DNA from: Octopus sinensis
Taxonomy: Eukaryota
Length of the DNA: 64,000 nt
NCBI RefSeq assembly: GCF_006345805.1
Contig: NC_043004.1
Coordinates: 34,410,001 to 34,474,000 of the forward strand
Direction: 5' to 3'
The notes beneath the pieces are model-generated. The model searched no databases. It saw nothing but the letters and a program-made list of their open reading frames with translations, and was not told the DNA's origin. Shown in pieces: positions 13,285 to 25,558 of this stretch. The translations under genes and the position numbers were made by a program. Each line of letters opens with the position of its first letter. Position 1 is the stretch's first letter.

Positions 13285-13433
13285 ATATATATGTATATAT
13301 ATTTATGTATGTATGTATATATATATATAATATATATATATATATATGTAATATATGTATGTAGATAGATATAGATATATGTACACACACACATACACAT
13401 ATACATACATGCATTTCTATATATATGATATAC

Positions 13434-13465
<32 letters not shown>

Positions 13466-13525
13466 CATATATATATACATACACACATATATATACATAT
13501 ATAAATATATATATGTGTGTGTCCA
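12884..13525. repeat. Large (TA)-rich microsatellite field
   Basis: Read directly; source of the YI-repeat pseudo-ORFs. Confidence 0.95.
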
Positions 13526-14341
13526 TGTTTGTATGTATCTTTCTTCATTTTTGTTTTAGTCTTCCGTCTTTGCAGTTGAGTGATTTTAATCTAAGGAAGG
13601 TCCAAAATATTTCCATTCACTTCTGTTTTTTGATTCTAAGACTTTTTTATATATATATAACTTGATTTGTTTTTTTTAATATTTTATAACTTGTCTACTT
13701 CTTGTAATCTTTACAAAAATGGAAGGCAAAGCAAACTGGAAGGTTGCTTTAAATGGAAATGGGGAACAGGATGAAGACACCTTTCTGTGTACAATGGCGT
13801 GGGTAGCCAAGTGAGGGCTTTCAGTAATATGCATTAAAATATTAGAATGTTATCAACTATCAAAAAACTCCCTGACCACTTTTTGTTGATTCAGTGTGGA
13901 TTAAATTTAATGATAATCACTTAGTCGTAGGAAGACAATTCCGCATTTTCTGCTGAGCAGCCTGCACAGATAATCTGTGTGCCACACCTCAAATGTCGAA
14001 GTCATCACAGGAAAATGGGAAATGAAGTGCTTTGCTCAAGAATAAAACACTGCCTGGTCTGTGAATCACACGCTTGATCTCACAATCACGAGTGCAACAC
14101 CCTAACCATTAAGCCATACTCCACCACTGTATATTAAATACTTCAACGTTAACCCCTAATTCCCACATATGCACACACACACAACTGTACTCGCCACTTA
14201 CAATATAGAATCATGTTTTTGCTTCCTCTTAATTTGGGGGATGATTGTGGTTTTATAGCAAAGGGCTGCTAAATACCAAGGCTGATATCTTCTCTAATTG
14301 TCAGTGCCTGTGAAAGAGGTGTGTGCCTTGTGTACTGATGC

Positions 14342-14395
<54 letters not shown>

Positions 14396-16144
14396 AACCA
14401 TGGGCAATGGTTATTCTGCTTACTGCTATGAACAGGGTGCTTCAAGTTTTTTAACATATGAATCCACTAGTTTTTAAATCAAGCACTTACTTCATCGCAA
14501 CAAATACATTCATAATCCTCACTTTTTACAAACTGCAGAACCTGTTGCTTGTTGACTGAAGGCCAACAAAATAGTCAGGCAATATTGAACATGTGATGTC
14601 CATTCAAGTTTGCTGCACAATCCCATTTGACCAAAGAGAATTCAGGAAACTGATAAAAAGAAAAAGAGATAATGGAGAAAAATATTATATAAATGACATG
14701 CATAGTTTGTATTGAGGTTTCTGGATCATCTAATGAGTAAATGAAATGGCAGTTGTTGTTTGTAGTTCTAACGTTTTTGAAGTGAATGGTTTTAGTGATG
14801 TCCTCAGAGTATCTCTGGCAGCATGCAAGTAAACATATCCTATTTCAAGTTAATTTATTCATATAAGATTAATTCACAGGAATCCTGTTTCAACACATTT
14901 TATCAGTTCAAACCTCTTACCAAGCAATTACAACAAAGAAAACAGTTATGTATTTAAGCAGCTAGATGTGGATCCTGGCTCAATGAACATTGAAACGAGG
15001 GAATCAAAAGTAATTTACCAGTTGAAAACCAGACCTGATCACCTTGTTGCTACTTTGGTAAAGATAAATCTCTGTTGCTGAAGTCAAAAGCAAACATTCA
15101 GATAAACATGTTTATTAATGATTCACTGAAAAATCATTCTATCCTAAAGTGGTTGTTGTTTAGCACAAGGCTATCCCAAATCAAGCAGATCATTGATCAA
15201 ACCAAAGTTTTTCCTGCTACTATTACACAATTTTGTAGCTCATCAACTCCCTTGTCTACTGTCCTTCATCTGTTGTTATAGTGGAGAGAGATTTGAGTGG
15301 TATTAAGCTGCTACTTCAAGCAGGTCATGCTCCTCGGTTCACTCATCCCTAATCAGGTTGCTGCACTTTGTGGATGTAAGGGTTTATTTAAAAACTACAA
15401 GTGTTGGTATTAATTCTCCATTTCCTAACCTTCACCTCTGTCATTCAGGTTATTGAAGTACAACAAACATTTTAGTTTAATTCATTTGAAAATTCATGAC
15501 TTTAGGTTGTCTCCACATTTTCAATATTCATTAGCAGCCAGGCAAGTTGTCATTTGATGTGTTAATGAGCAATCAATGTGTAATTAATTATTTAAAATTC
15601 AATGACTGTCACACACACATTTGCAGAGTCCATTTAATTTAATTATATGCAAAAGTATTTTCCTTATTCCATATTGTATTTACCCCATTATTTCAATAAG
15701 GTGATTGGTACCATAGGATACCATAAACACTATGCAATGACTGTTCTTACAGACATACTATAAATATTATTTCCATTATTTCATTCAAATCTGATAATTC
15801 ATTCTGTTGTTACTTGGAATGTCACTCCTTGTTCATTTCTTCTGACAACAGTAACACAAATTAACTCCAAACTTATTTCAGTACAATGCTAAATATATAT
15901 AACAGGAATATGTCTATTCAGCCTCAATTCTTTCAGTCTCAATATATAGTTATACAACATTAATAAGTATGCTTTCATTCTGGTCATCTCATTTTTCTTG
16001 CGTGTTCATGTGTGAGTAGTAACTGTTGCTGCATCCATACCAAATCCGTTCCCTTTAGCATGGTGAGTGCAAAATCAACTTGTGTTTCAGAAACGAGTTG
16101 ATGAGTTTGACACTGTGTAATTAATAGGCCAGTAATTTTTAGGA

Positions 16145-16760
16145 TGGAAGGTGTAAGTTGATTACATTGACCCCAATGCTCAACTGGTACTTATTTTATC
16201 AACCTCAAAATGGACGAAAGATAAAGTTGGCCTTGGAACAATTTGAACTCGGAACATAAAGATGAACAAAATGCTGCTAGGTATTGTTTTTGCCCAGTTT
16301 ACTCTTTACTCTTTATTCTTTACTCTTTTACTTGTTTCAGTCATGTGACTGTGGCCATGCTGGAGCACCGCCTTTAGTCGAGCAAATCGACCCCAGGACT
16401 TATTCTTTGTAAGCCTAGTACTTATTCTGTCGGTCTCTTTTCCCGAACCGCTAAGTTACAGGGACGTAAACACACCAGCATCAGTTGTCAAGCGATGTTG
16501 GGGGGGACAAACGCAGACACACAAACATATACACACACATACATATACATATGTATACATATATACGACGGACTTCTTTCAGTTTCCATCAACCAAATCC
16601 ACTCACAAGGCTTTGGTCGGCCCGAGGCTATAGTAGAAGACACTTGCCCAAGGTGCGACGCAGTGGGACTGAACCCGGAACCATGTGGCTGGTAAACAAG
16701 CTACTTACCACACAGCCACTCCTACGCCTATTTTGCTAACGATTCCGCCAGCTCCCTGCC
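16145..16760 (-). mobile_element. Third-family SINE split by an inserted CORE-like SINE
   Basis: Body at 16145-16300 and head (tgctaacgattccgccagctccctgcc) at 16731-16760 lie on either side of the 16302-16729 insertion. Confidence 0.7.
16302..16729 (-). mobile_element. Full-length tRNA-derived CORE-like SINE with internal microsatellite
   Basis: Minus strand: ggctgtgtggtaag (A box), gggttcagtccc (B box), accttgggcaagtgtctt (CORE-like), a CA/TA tract and an (aagagta)n end. Confidence 0.9.
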
Positions 16761-17235
16761 TCAGTCTTTATTGATGTAATTATAAGATGTCTACTGTGCC
16801 CTTTACATTTGCCTCACAATGCCTTCCCTAAATGTATCGTTATAACATTAATTATTTTGACAGGAAATAAGGTTTGATATTATTTAAGGGCAGCAACATG
16901 AGATACTGAGACGTTCATGGAATTATGAAATGAAGTGAGTGAACTGACATAAAGTTGCTTTAATCAAGAAAAGGAATCGCAAGACAGAACCATATCACTT
17001 CATCTCTCTCTCTCTGTCTTTCTCTCTCTTTCTCTCTCTCTCTCTCTGGCAGAACCATATTAGTTTCTCTCTCTGATCGGTCGTGTTATTCTTTGCTTCG
17101 CAGTGAAAGATTGTTATTGTGCTGAAAATTGTGAACATTTGCTGTTTTGGTCGTCGAGACCACTTCTTTTCTGCTGTTGCAGCAGAGTTTTGCTGTTCTT
17201 TCCCCCTTGATTCAAGAGGGAAGCGGCAAAAAAAC

Positions 17236-18641
17236 ATGAATTTGCCACCAATTTCTTCCGAGTCAGAGGAAAACGTTGAAAATTTGTCTGAAGGCATTGA
17301 AGGCGAAAATGTGGGAGGAGGAAGGTGAAAGTAAAGAGCATCTCACGCGAGCGTTACAAAAGCAGACGACAAGATGTTTAGCGAGGCTACTACACAACAG
17401 GAAAAGTCAAAAAAAATTTTGCGAGTGCAGCAACTCGCCCCAGTGAAAACATCGTAATAAACAAAGAATTTTAAAAAATACCAAAGTTTACTAAAAAAAG
17501 AGTGATAATGTAAAGTTGTTCCCTCCCAGTGAATTAATTTACGCAACAGAGAGAAAGACGGTAATATACAAAACATATAATGTCAAAAATAAAAAATCGA
17601 CTTCGTACCGAGGGAAACAATAGAAAAATGCTTGAGGCCAATATGGCAACAAACAAGTTACATAACGAGGGGTAGTTGCTTCGGCACTGTAGTGGCGCAT
17701 TTCCCTAGCAAAGAAAAAGCTAGGGAACATTCAATAAGGACATTGAAGTCGGAAGAAGTAGTTCTCCTGCCGACTTATTTAGGAAAGAGAACTTCGAAAA
17801 TCACAGTTACGGATATACCATTCGAAATAGATGTGGCCTTTGTGATAGCCACTATTCTCATAGGCAAAGAAGAAGAAATTTCAATTCTTCGATCCAAGAG
17901 ACACCACCACATAACTGGTTTGGATAAAATTTAGAGCTTGTCATCCAAGCAAACCCCTCAGACTTAGAAAAATTGCCCAGTTCCCTTACAATTGGAGAAA
18001 ATACCAGCATGATGGTGGTAGTCGAGGGGAGAAAGCCCAGATGTTACAAAGGTGGTGAGAAAGGCCACATAAGGTCGAGCTGTAAGAAAAAGAAGACAGC
18101 CAAAGAAAACGCAGCAGAAGAGGCAAGCACGACGCCGAAGACAACAACCACACCGCTAGAAATAGCAGCCACGTCGCGCACCCCAATTGCCGAAGTTCAG
18201 CCGACAGCGGGAGAAAACAACAACAACGACATCCAGGAGTGGGTCAAAGTGGAACCTTCAAAAAGAAGATGGAAACGGAAAAACCCACCCTCTTCGGATA
18301 CACAGGACTATGCTCCAAGACAGACAAACACACCCACACCCACAAATACAGTCGCAAACACACACGTAGCCAAAAAAACACACACACTGGAAAAAGCACA
18401 CACAAACACACACACACCTACAAACACCCACGCTTCTACAAGCACACACACACACACCCCTCCACAATCGCCTAATATAGAAAAGAGAAACACCTTCACG
18501 GCGATAAACAAAAATAATAAACTATTAAGAGACGAAATTATTTTAATGAAATCGGCGAAAAAATATATCGCAACAGATGTAAATAATACTATTCTTGAAA
18601 ATGTCAAATTTTATACTATATACAACACTGACTATTTTTAA
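17236..18641 (+). pseudogene. LINE ORF1 (frameshifted) with degenerate zinc knuckle
   Basis: Starts MNLPPISSESEE; contains KITVTDIPFEID and VVVEGRKPRCYKGGEKGHIRSSC (CCHC-like, second C lost). Confidence 0.75.
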
Positions 18642-18844
18642 CTAAAAAAATCTTTTGCGGAGGACGTCAGCCTGTTACAGATGAACTTTTAGAGCCATCT
18701 GTACAGGCAATTCGCGAAAAAATGACCTCGCAAACCACAACACTCACAGACAGAAAAGAGGAGGGTGTGAAAAACACCCTCTCTCCCGTTAAAACAGTAA
18801 GTTTTAAACATCGACTAATTTTTCACATTCTCGTTTAAACTCGG

Positions 18845-21098
18845 TTTATAAATATTCGCGACCTGGGGTCGTATTGGAAGCAAGGCTACCTCCTTAACGA
18901 CCTTAGGTTGTATCGTTTGGATGTAGTTGTAATTACCGAATCCAGACTGAGTGGGTTGCAGGCTTTTTCGCCCCTTCTAAACGGCTACGAGAAATACGTT
19001 TCTCCCTGTCGACCTGGAGGGGGCAGAGAAGTGGCAGTACTGGTTAGAAAAAACCTGGATTTAGAGTGTAACGAACTTCCACTGTAACGAACTTAGTGTG
19101 AGTGTGAATATCTTCTCTTGTACTTTCGGGGTACAAGAAAGCAATCACTAGCCGTTGCTTTAAAATCCAGAATTCTACCAGTCAGAAACAACAAGACGCA
19201 GACGTAAAATATAATACTACTTTATTCTTTCTTGGTAACAATAACAATAAGTGGTTATCTGATGTCCTTGGTCGGGGCGCGCAAGGCTGAAAGTTAATCG
19301 ATTGTAATATTTACAATCCTCAGCCGCTAAAACCAGAACGGGTTCAAGATGGCGTCGAACAGGGAAGTTGAATGTGGGCGGCAACAATTTGGGTTAAAAG
19401 CTTTCGGCCGACTGCTATCAAAGCTGGACAGTGAGAATACACGTCCGTCTCCTTCGGTCGCAGCTGTCCCAAGTCGCCGCTGCTGCTGGACGCTGGTGGT
19501 CAACGTCTTACGACACCCCTTGCCTCGGCTAACTGCTACGTAGGCAAAAATGGTTCTTCTTCGGTGCTTCGCGCATGCGCGAGAGGGCCCTTCCTCTCTC
19601 TGCCTTGGTAAAGGCACCAACACGCGCGAAATACAAATGGACGGTGCGCGAGCGCGCACCGTTATAGGATCACTACAAGAGATTAAAACTGTCTTTATAG
19701 ATCCGGAAGGCAGGTTGGTCGTTTTGGATGTGACGCACAGCAGTGGTAAAGTGTTCAGGCTGGTCGCTGTCTATGCTCCCTGCGAAGGAAAAGCCGGGCA
19801 GAAAGATTACTTCAAAAGCCTAGAGAATTTTCTTGGCACGTCGAACACGTTAGTGTTGCTAGGTAACTTCAACATAATTTGCGATGAACGCATAGATTAT
19901 GTTGGCTCGAGAAAGAATAGGAGGGGATTACCTCACCTCAGCGATCTGCTAAGTCGTTTCGAGTTGGCAGATTGATTCAGACTGAATACCCAGACGCTCC
20001 AGCGTGGACCTGTGCAAGAAACGACGGGTCGTCCAGATCTTACATAGATAGAATCATAACTAGAAGGAAAAGAAAATACTTAGCTGTCCACAACACCATA
20101 TCGTCAGCTACAGTGATCACAAATTAGTGACCTGTACGCTCGACATAGATAGCATGTGTAGATGAGGTACTGGTTACTTGAAGCTAAACAAGTCACCATT
20201 GGACAGTGGAGCCTACAGGAATTGGATTAAACAATTAGTAATGAGGGCATTAACCGGATCCATTACCAATAACAAATGGTGGTACACCCTGAAAAGATCC
20301 ATCAAATTTGAGTCAGTTAGGTTTAGCAAAGAATTAGCTAGTGCTAGAAACTAAGTAGAAAAGGAACTAGTTAAGGCAATAGATGAGGCAATGAGGTAAG
20401 GCAGTGCAAAGTGTTAGCGGCGAGGTTGGCACTCGACCAACATCTCAAAGCTAAACATGAAGGGTGCATTGTCAGGGCTAAGATCCATGCAATGAGACAG
20501 GAAGGGATCAACGCAGCCGGATGGGCCAGGTGGTAGAGGGCCAGTGTGGCAACAACTCAACCATTCGATCTTTGACGGACCCAAATGGTCGATCAGTAAA
20601 CGAACCCGTGGAGATGTGCAAGGTGTTTCACGATCATTTCGCCCTGCTATTCGGAAGGAGCGGCGGACTGGAGCGCAGGGAGATGCTCGCAGACTTCGTA
20701 GCTGGTTCGCTGTCTATCATGTGAGGCACCGATTAAAGCCAAGGAAGTCGAGGGTGTGTTGGCAGACTGCGGTGGGGACAAATCGCCGGGACTCGATGGT
20801 CTGCCTTACGAACTCTATCGTAGCAGACTTGTTTGGGCACCTACTTGCATGCATGTACACCAACTGGCAGCAGAATGGGAGAATTCCTAACTCTGTGAGC
20901 CGAGGAGTGGTAGCGCTGTTAAGAAAGGACCCAAACAAGGAGGATTTAATTGATAATTTTCGGCCCATCACTCTGCTTAACGCAGAGTTGAAGATTTTGG
21001 TCAAGGTCCTAGCAAAAAGGTTGGCGCGGGTCATGGGTGAATTTGTTGGCGAGGCGCAAACTTGCGCCATCCCTGGAAGGACCATCCACGACAATCAA
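18845..21098 (+). pseudogene. LINE ORF2: APE endonuclease and RT N-terminus (disrupted)
   Basis: INIRDLGS..LDVVVITESRL..VAVLVRKNLDLE|IKTVFIDPEGRLVVLDV..VAVYAP..LGNFN..SDH; GYLKLN; KSPGLDGLPYELY; NFRPITLLNAELKILVKVLAKRL..QTCAIPGRTIHDN. Confidence 0.9.
19067..19677 (-). mobile_element. Solo LTR (Gypsy-like) inserted in the APE domain
   Basis: TGTA...TACA termini; 4-bp TSD AGAG (19063-19066, 19678-19681); removing it restores the frame LDLE-IKTVF; AATAAA on the minus strand at 19221-19226. Confidence 0.8.
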
Positions 21099-21283
21099 AA
21101 ATAAATTTTGCGAGTGCAGCAACTCGCCCCCGCGAAAACATAGTTATTAACGAAGAATTAAAGAAGTACCAATTAAAGAAGTACCAAAGAAGGTGATAAT
21201 GTGAAATTGCTCCCTCCCAGTGAATTAGTTTCCGCGACGGAGAGAAAGACGGTAATATACAAAACATATCACGTAAAAAATAT

Positions 21284-22313
21284 CAGTGGTTCCCAAACTT
21301 TTTAGAGTCGCGACCCACTATTTATCACACCAGTTTATGACGACCCACTTAACTCTACTGAGTAAAAAAATTATTTATATTAAACTAGCAGCATAGCCCA
21401 GCGTTGCCCGGGTATGTAAGAGCCCCTAGTAGACAACGACTAATCCCAATCTAGTCCTTTCCCTTTAATTTCCTGCCAATTTGTGAAAGATATTGTCGAA
21501 AATATGTCATCTTGAATTTGAACGCGATTTTCCAAAATGGCATGATTTTATCGATTTTTCTGATGGTAAGGTATTGCATGGAAAACTAACGTCAGAATTA
21601 AGTTTCTTAGGGTAACATTAAGCTTCACCATGAGTTTGGTGAAAATCGATTGCAAGTTGCGAAAACTACAACAGAAAATGTGTTGCAAATAAAAAGCTTA
21701 GATTCTCGACCCCATGTCGAATTTATCAATTTTTTTCAGAACTGGGAGAACTTTTCTAAATTTTCGCTGCGTTAGTTTTGAATTATGACATTGGGCTATG
21801 TGTGTGTCAAGTTTCATCAGAATCGGTTGAAAGCCGTGGTCAGGGTGAGGGTACAACCTGACAGACACACAAACACACAGACAGACAAACTGCCGTTTAT
21901 ATAGAGAGAGATGTGAAACAAAACATTTTATAACTGTTTCAACGTCTCTATACCCTATGTGTAAATACTAACACTAATACAAAACCTTAAAGTAGTAACT
22001 TTTATCGGCTCGCTCAGTGTTATACTTCGCCTAGTTAAAGTTCTCTGTAACTAGGTAACAACAGACCTTTCCTTTTTACGATTACGTACGAATAAATAAC
22101 TTGAGAAAATGACAACCTCTGATTTGTTAAGTTCGTGAAAAAGCCTACTGCTTGGTAAAACAACAAGTCTGATATTGAAAACATAAGTCTTGAACAACCT
22201 CGATAGACAGCAGTTACTCAAAGCTAATGCGTAATTTTATAACTTTTTGCGACCCACTAAGATTCCATTCGCGACCCATCTGTGGGTCGCGACTCATAGT
22301 TTGGGAACCACTG
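21284..22313. mobile_element. hAT (Charlie-like) non-autonomous element
   Basis: 16-bp perfect TIRs cagtggttcccaaact / agtttgggaaccactg and repeated subterminal gcgacccac motifs; the 8-bp flanks do not match. Confidence 0.85.
21385..21911 (-). mobile_element. Non-autonomous Helitron nested in the hAT element
   Basis: Minus strand starts TC, ends with the cccgggcaacgctggg hairpin then CTAG, and sits between A and T with no TSD. Confidence 0.85.
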
Positions 22314-23349
22314 GTATATATTTTAATTGTTTGTTTATTCATACGTTTCGTCTCATTCGATACCCTAACCCCAATGTTTGTTTTGTCTGTCCCTGTATTG
22401 TCCCCTCTTTTACTCAACCTTATGGTGAATAAAGAAATACTCTCTCTCTCTCTCTCTCTCTGGCACAACCATATCACTTCATTTCTCTCTCTCTCCCCAC
22501 ATTAAATTAGTTGACTAATTTCTTTCATCTAGAAATTCCATGAGTGAATTCTAATATATATTAAACATTGTACATGTTTTTCATTGACCCCATAGTAGTG
22601 AAAGTCACTATCATCACCATCATGACCATCGTCGTCGTCATCACTATCATGTCTGTTTTGCCTTTCTTGCCTTGTTCTTCTCTTGCATAATGTCTCACCT
22701 GTAGTTGCATCCCTTTAATTTATTTGATAGTGAACCTCCTGGGAACAGCCTTCATCACTTTTTCTTGTGTCTTCCTTGGCTTTCTTCTTCAACAAGTCAC
22801 TGCCCTCTGTTACCATAGCAGTCTGCTAGAAGTCTTCACAAAAACAGTCTTTTAACCTCTCCATCAGTTCCTGGTGAGGCGGGGCATGTGCAGAAATCCC
22901 TGTTGCTATAGTATTGTCTTCATTCATCTTTTAGCACTTAAACAGACCCTATCAGGTCAAACTATTTTCCTGGTCTTTATGTTCAAACTGACCAGATCCT
23001 GCCTCTCACATCAACCCTACAATCATCATCATCATCATCCAGTGTTTTTAAAATGAGTTTTGTCCCTGTCAAAGGGGTTGGCCGGATCTACCTTATTGCC
23101 ATAGCAACTGAGGTAGGCAGGTACAGTGCTCTCCCCAAACTTTGGACGGGCTGGTGCCCATTTTCCTTTGCTATCATGAAATATTTTTGAAGCTGGATTT
23201 TCTTTGGGGAGCATGCCTTTGCTTACCCTCAACCTCAGTTTCTAGGCATAAGTGGTCCCAAGATCGAGGCCTCTACCACGATTTTTATGAAATGTGGTGG
23301 AAAACTAGCTCAGGAAGGCAGGGAAGCTACTCCCTTAGACTCCTTTTGG

Positions 23350-23475
23350 AGACCCCCTACAATGTCATTCTAAAAATAAACACTCACATTATCAAAATCT
23401 CAAAGCTACAAGATAATGCATAATTAATTTAAAACGAAGCATTACATTTGAGAAATTAATCTGAATGCTAAAGGG
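23350..23475. mobile_element. piggyBac-like MITE, right portion
   Basis: Ends aatgctaaaggg followed by TTAA; body matches 1990-2119. Confidence 0.6.
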
Positions 23476-24015
23476 TTAATTATCCTGTCACGTACCCTTA
23501 CTACTTCAACACTCACTTTATGTATTTATCACCTCTAACCCTACCACAGAAGAATTCATCCCTGTGTTCTTTGCTCATTAAGTTACTGACTTATACATAT
23601 TTACTGCTCTATAGTGATTCTCTAGCAAACATAAAACTTCTTTCTAATAGCTCAACAATCTCTGAGCACCAACTAATCACCATACTAAACTTAACTGTGC
23701 CTGCCCTGAAGTTTTACACTTGATATGGAGAGAAGTTATGGTGTTGGGGTAGTTTGGTATCTGTGAAAATCTAAGTTAGTTTTGACAAAATCTGAATTCA
23801 GGAGGTAGGCATTTAGTTCTAGTGTCGTACCAATTCTCTAAGTTAAATTATTTTTTGTATTACCTTCAAAGTGAGCCATTTATACTTAAAATAGGAGTGG
23901 AACAAACTATTGCCCAAATCAGTTTTTTTCTTTAGTCATGTAAAATGGCTATCTTGTCAGAAGCTTCAAAGTAAGGACCTGGGGCTATTGAAACTCTGAA
24001 AATGTGCCTATATAT

Positions 24016-24136
24016 AATTTTTCCAAAATTTGTTTTCGATTCTTACTGTTGAAAAAGTCTCAACGACTGAAACCGGTACTGAAATGTTTTTTATAAAATT
24101 ATTTTAGCATTTTCTACCTTGACTTTTTTTCCATAT
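24016..24136. repeat. Dispersed ~120-bp repeat (second copy 40666-40787)
   Basis: tttccaaaatt...gttgaaaaagtctcaa...gtactgaaatgttttttataaaatt...ctaccttgac present at both loci; class unknown. Confidence 0.75.
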
Positions 24137-24149
24137 ATATATATATATA

Positions 24150-25009
24150 ATTGGTCTGATCAATAAGTATCAGGTCTGTTGCTATAGTAACGAAGCTAAT
24201 GCATGGAGGATAAAGCTGCTTGGCACAGATTGACCTTGAACTCTACTGTGCATGCATGCTAAGTTTTAACGTTCTATCTCACTTCTACTATTTGCAGCAA
24301 TGCTTGGAAGGAAAGTGTGTAGCGTTGGATTGTTGCATGGACCATGACAGAGAGAGTTGAGCAGAGAGTTTGCATCAAAATTTTGCCAAAAGCTTGGTGA
24401 TACCAGCTCAGAAGCCTATGGAAAGTTTTCAAAATGTTTTCCCCATTGCACAATCAAGAGATCTTGTGCAACTGAAACCCAAGTTTGTTTTTGGTCAGCT
24501 GAAAGCAGTTTTAGCACAATCTTGGCAGACATGCATCTCATACCCAAATCTTCATTGATAATGGACTGAACTAAACCGTAACTAATCTGCACATCCTCTG
24601 ATAACTCACGAGTTCCCCTCACGGCCGCATGCACATCTGTAATGTTTACTCAATTCTGCTGATTGCATATCTCCCAGAATGTTCGTCCATATCGACATCT
24701 TTTCGGCCATCTTGGTAAGCACTTGTGTGTGACTCATGCACTCTTCTCCATACACTTTCTGTAACTTTTGCATAGGCTTTTGAGCAGGTATCGCCATGAT
24801 AATTTTCTCTGTCATGGTCAATGTAATGATCACATGCTACTCACCTTCCTTCCAAGCATTGCTGTAAACAGCAGATCTGAGCTAAAATGTTAAAACTTAA
24901 TGTAGATGCACAGCAGAGTTCAAGGTCAATCTGTGCGAAGCAGCTTCACACTGTGTGTTTTAGTTTCGTTACTATGGCAACAATCCAGATACTTATTGAT
25001 CAGACCTCG
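24150..25009. mobile_element. Mariner-derived fold-back element made of two left ends
   Basis: ggtctgatcaataagtatc at both ends, inverted. Plus arm encodes MTERVEQR..KFCQKLGDT; minus arm encodes QKVYGEECMSHTQV..RELSEDVQISYGLVQSIINEDLGMRCMSAK. TA flanks. Confidence 0.85.
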
Positions 25010-25050
25010 TATATGGGAAGTGGGTCAGGGGCAATCTCTAATGAACACTG

Positions 25051-25099
<49 letters not shown>

Positions 25100-25558
25100 T
25101 TATATATCTCTTATTATAAAAGGCAGATTTTATCTGCCTCCCTTTGTATCTTATAGAAATCTACAATATAGGATTTCTTCAATTACAATTTACCTAGCAT
25201 TTTTAAGAGTAGAATGCATCGGGTCGTGCCAGGTCCAGTTTTTAAAATTTCAACCCCAATTAAGCAAAATTTACAGAAAACTCACATTGTGGTGTCTAAG
25301 TCAAATGCTTCTCTTAGTGTGGCCTACACCACACGCACACGCACACACACAGTGTGCAACGAATAAAGTGAAAGTAATTCACTTTTTGTACTGAGTGACT
25401 CTTTCACTCTGCCACTTCCTCTTTACACACGTAGACACGCAAATATATAAATAAAATTGTAAGCTAACGTGTGTGTGTGCGTGTGTGTGAGTGTGTGTGT
25501 GTGTGTGTGCGTGTGTGAGAGGGTGCGTGTGTGTGCGTGTGCGTGAGTGTGTGACAGG

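Larger units (their letters stand above)
17061..22439 (+). mobile_element. Tx1/L1-type non-LTR retrotransposon, rearranged, with nested insertions
   Basis: 5'UTR, ORF1, APE, RT N-terminus and 3'UTR with AATAAA (22428-22433). Flanked by the direct repeat (TC)n-TGGCA[G/C]AACCATAT (17031-17060; 22441-22474). Confidence 0.85.

Noticed and set aside
12769-13526. Long YI/HT/CV-repeat ORFs here and at 3.5, 8.1, 35.1, 36.3 and 59.3 kb
   Set aside because: Translations of dinucleotide microsatellites; no coding signal.
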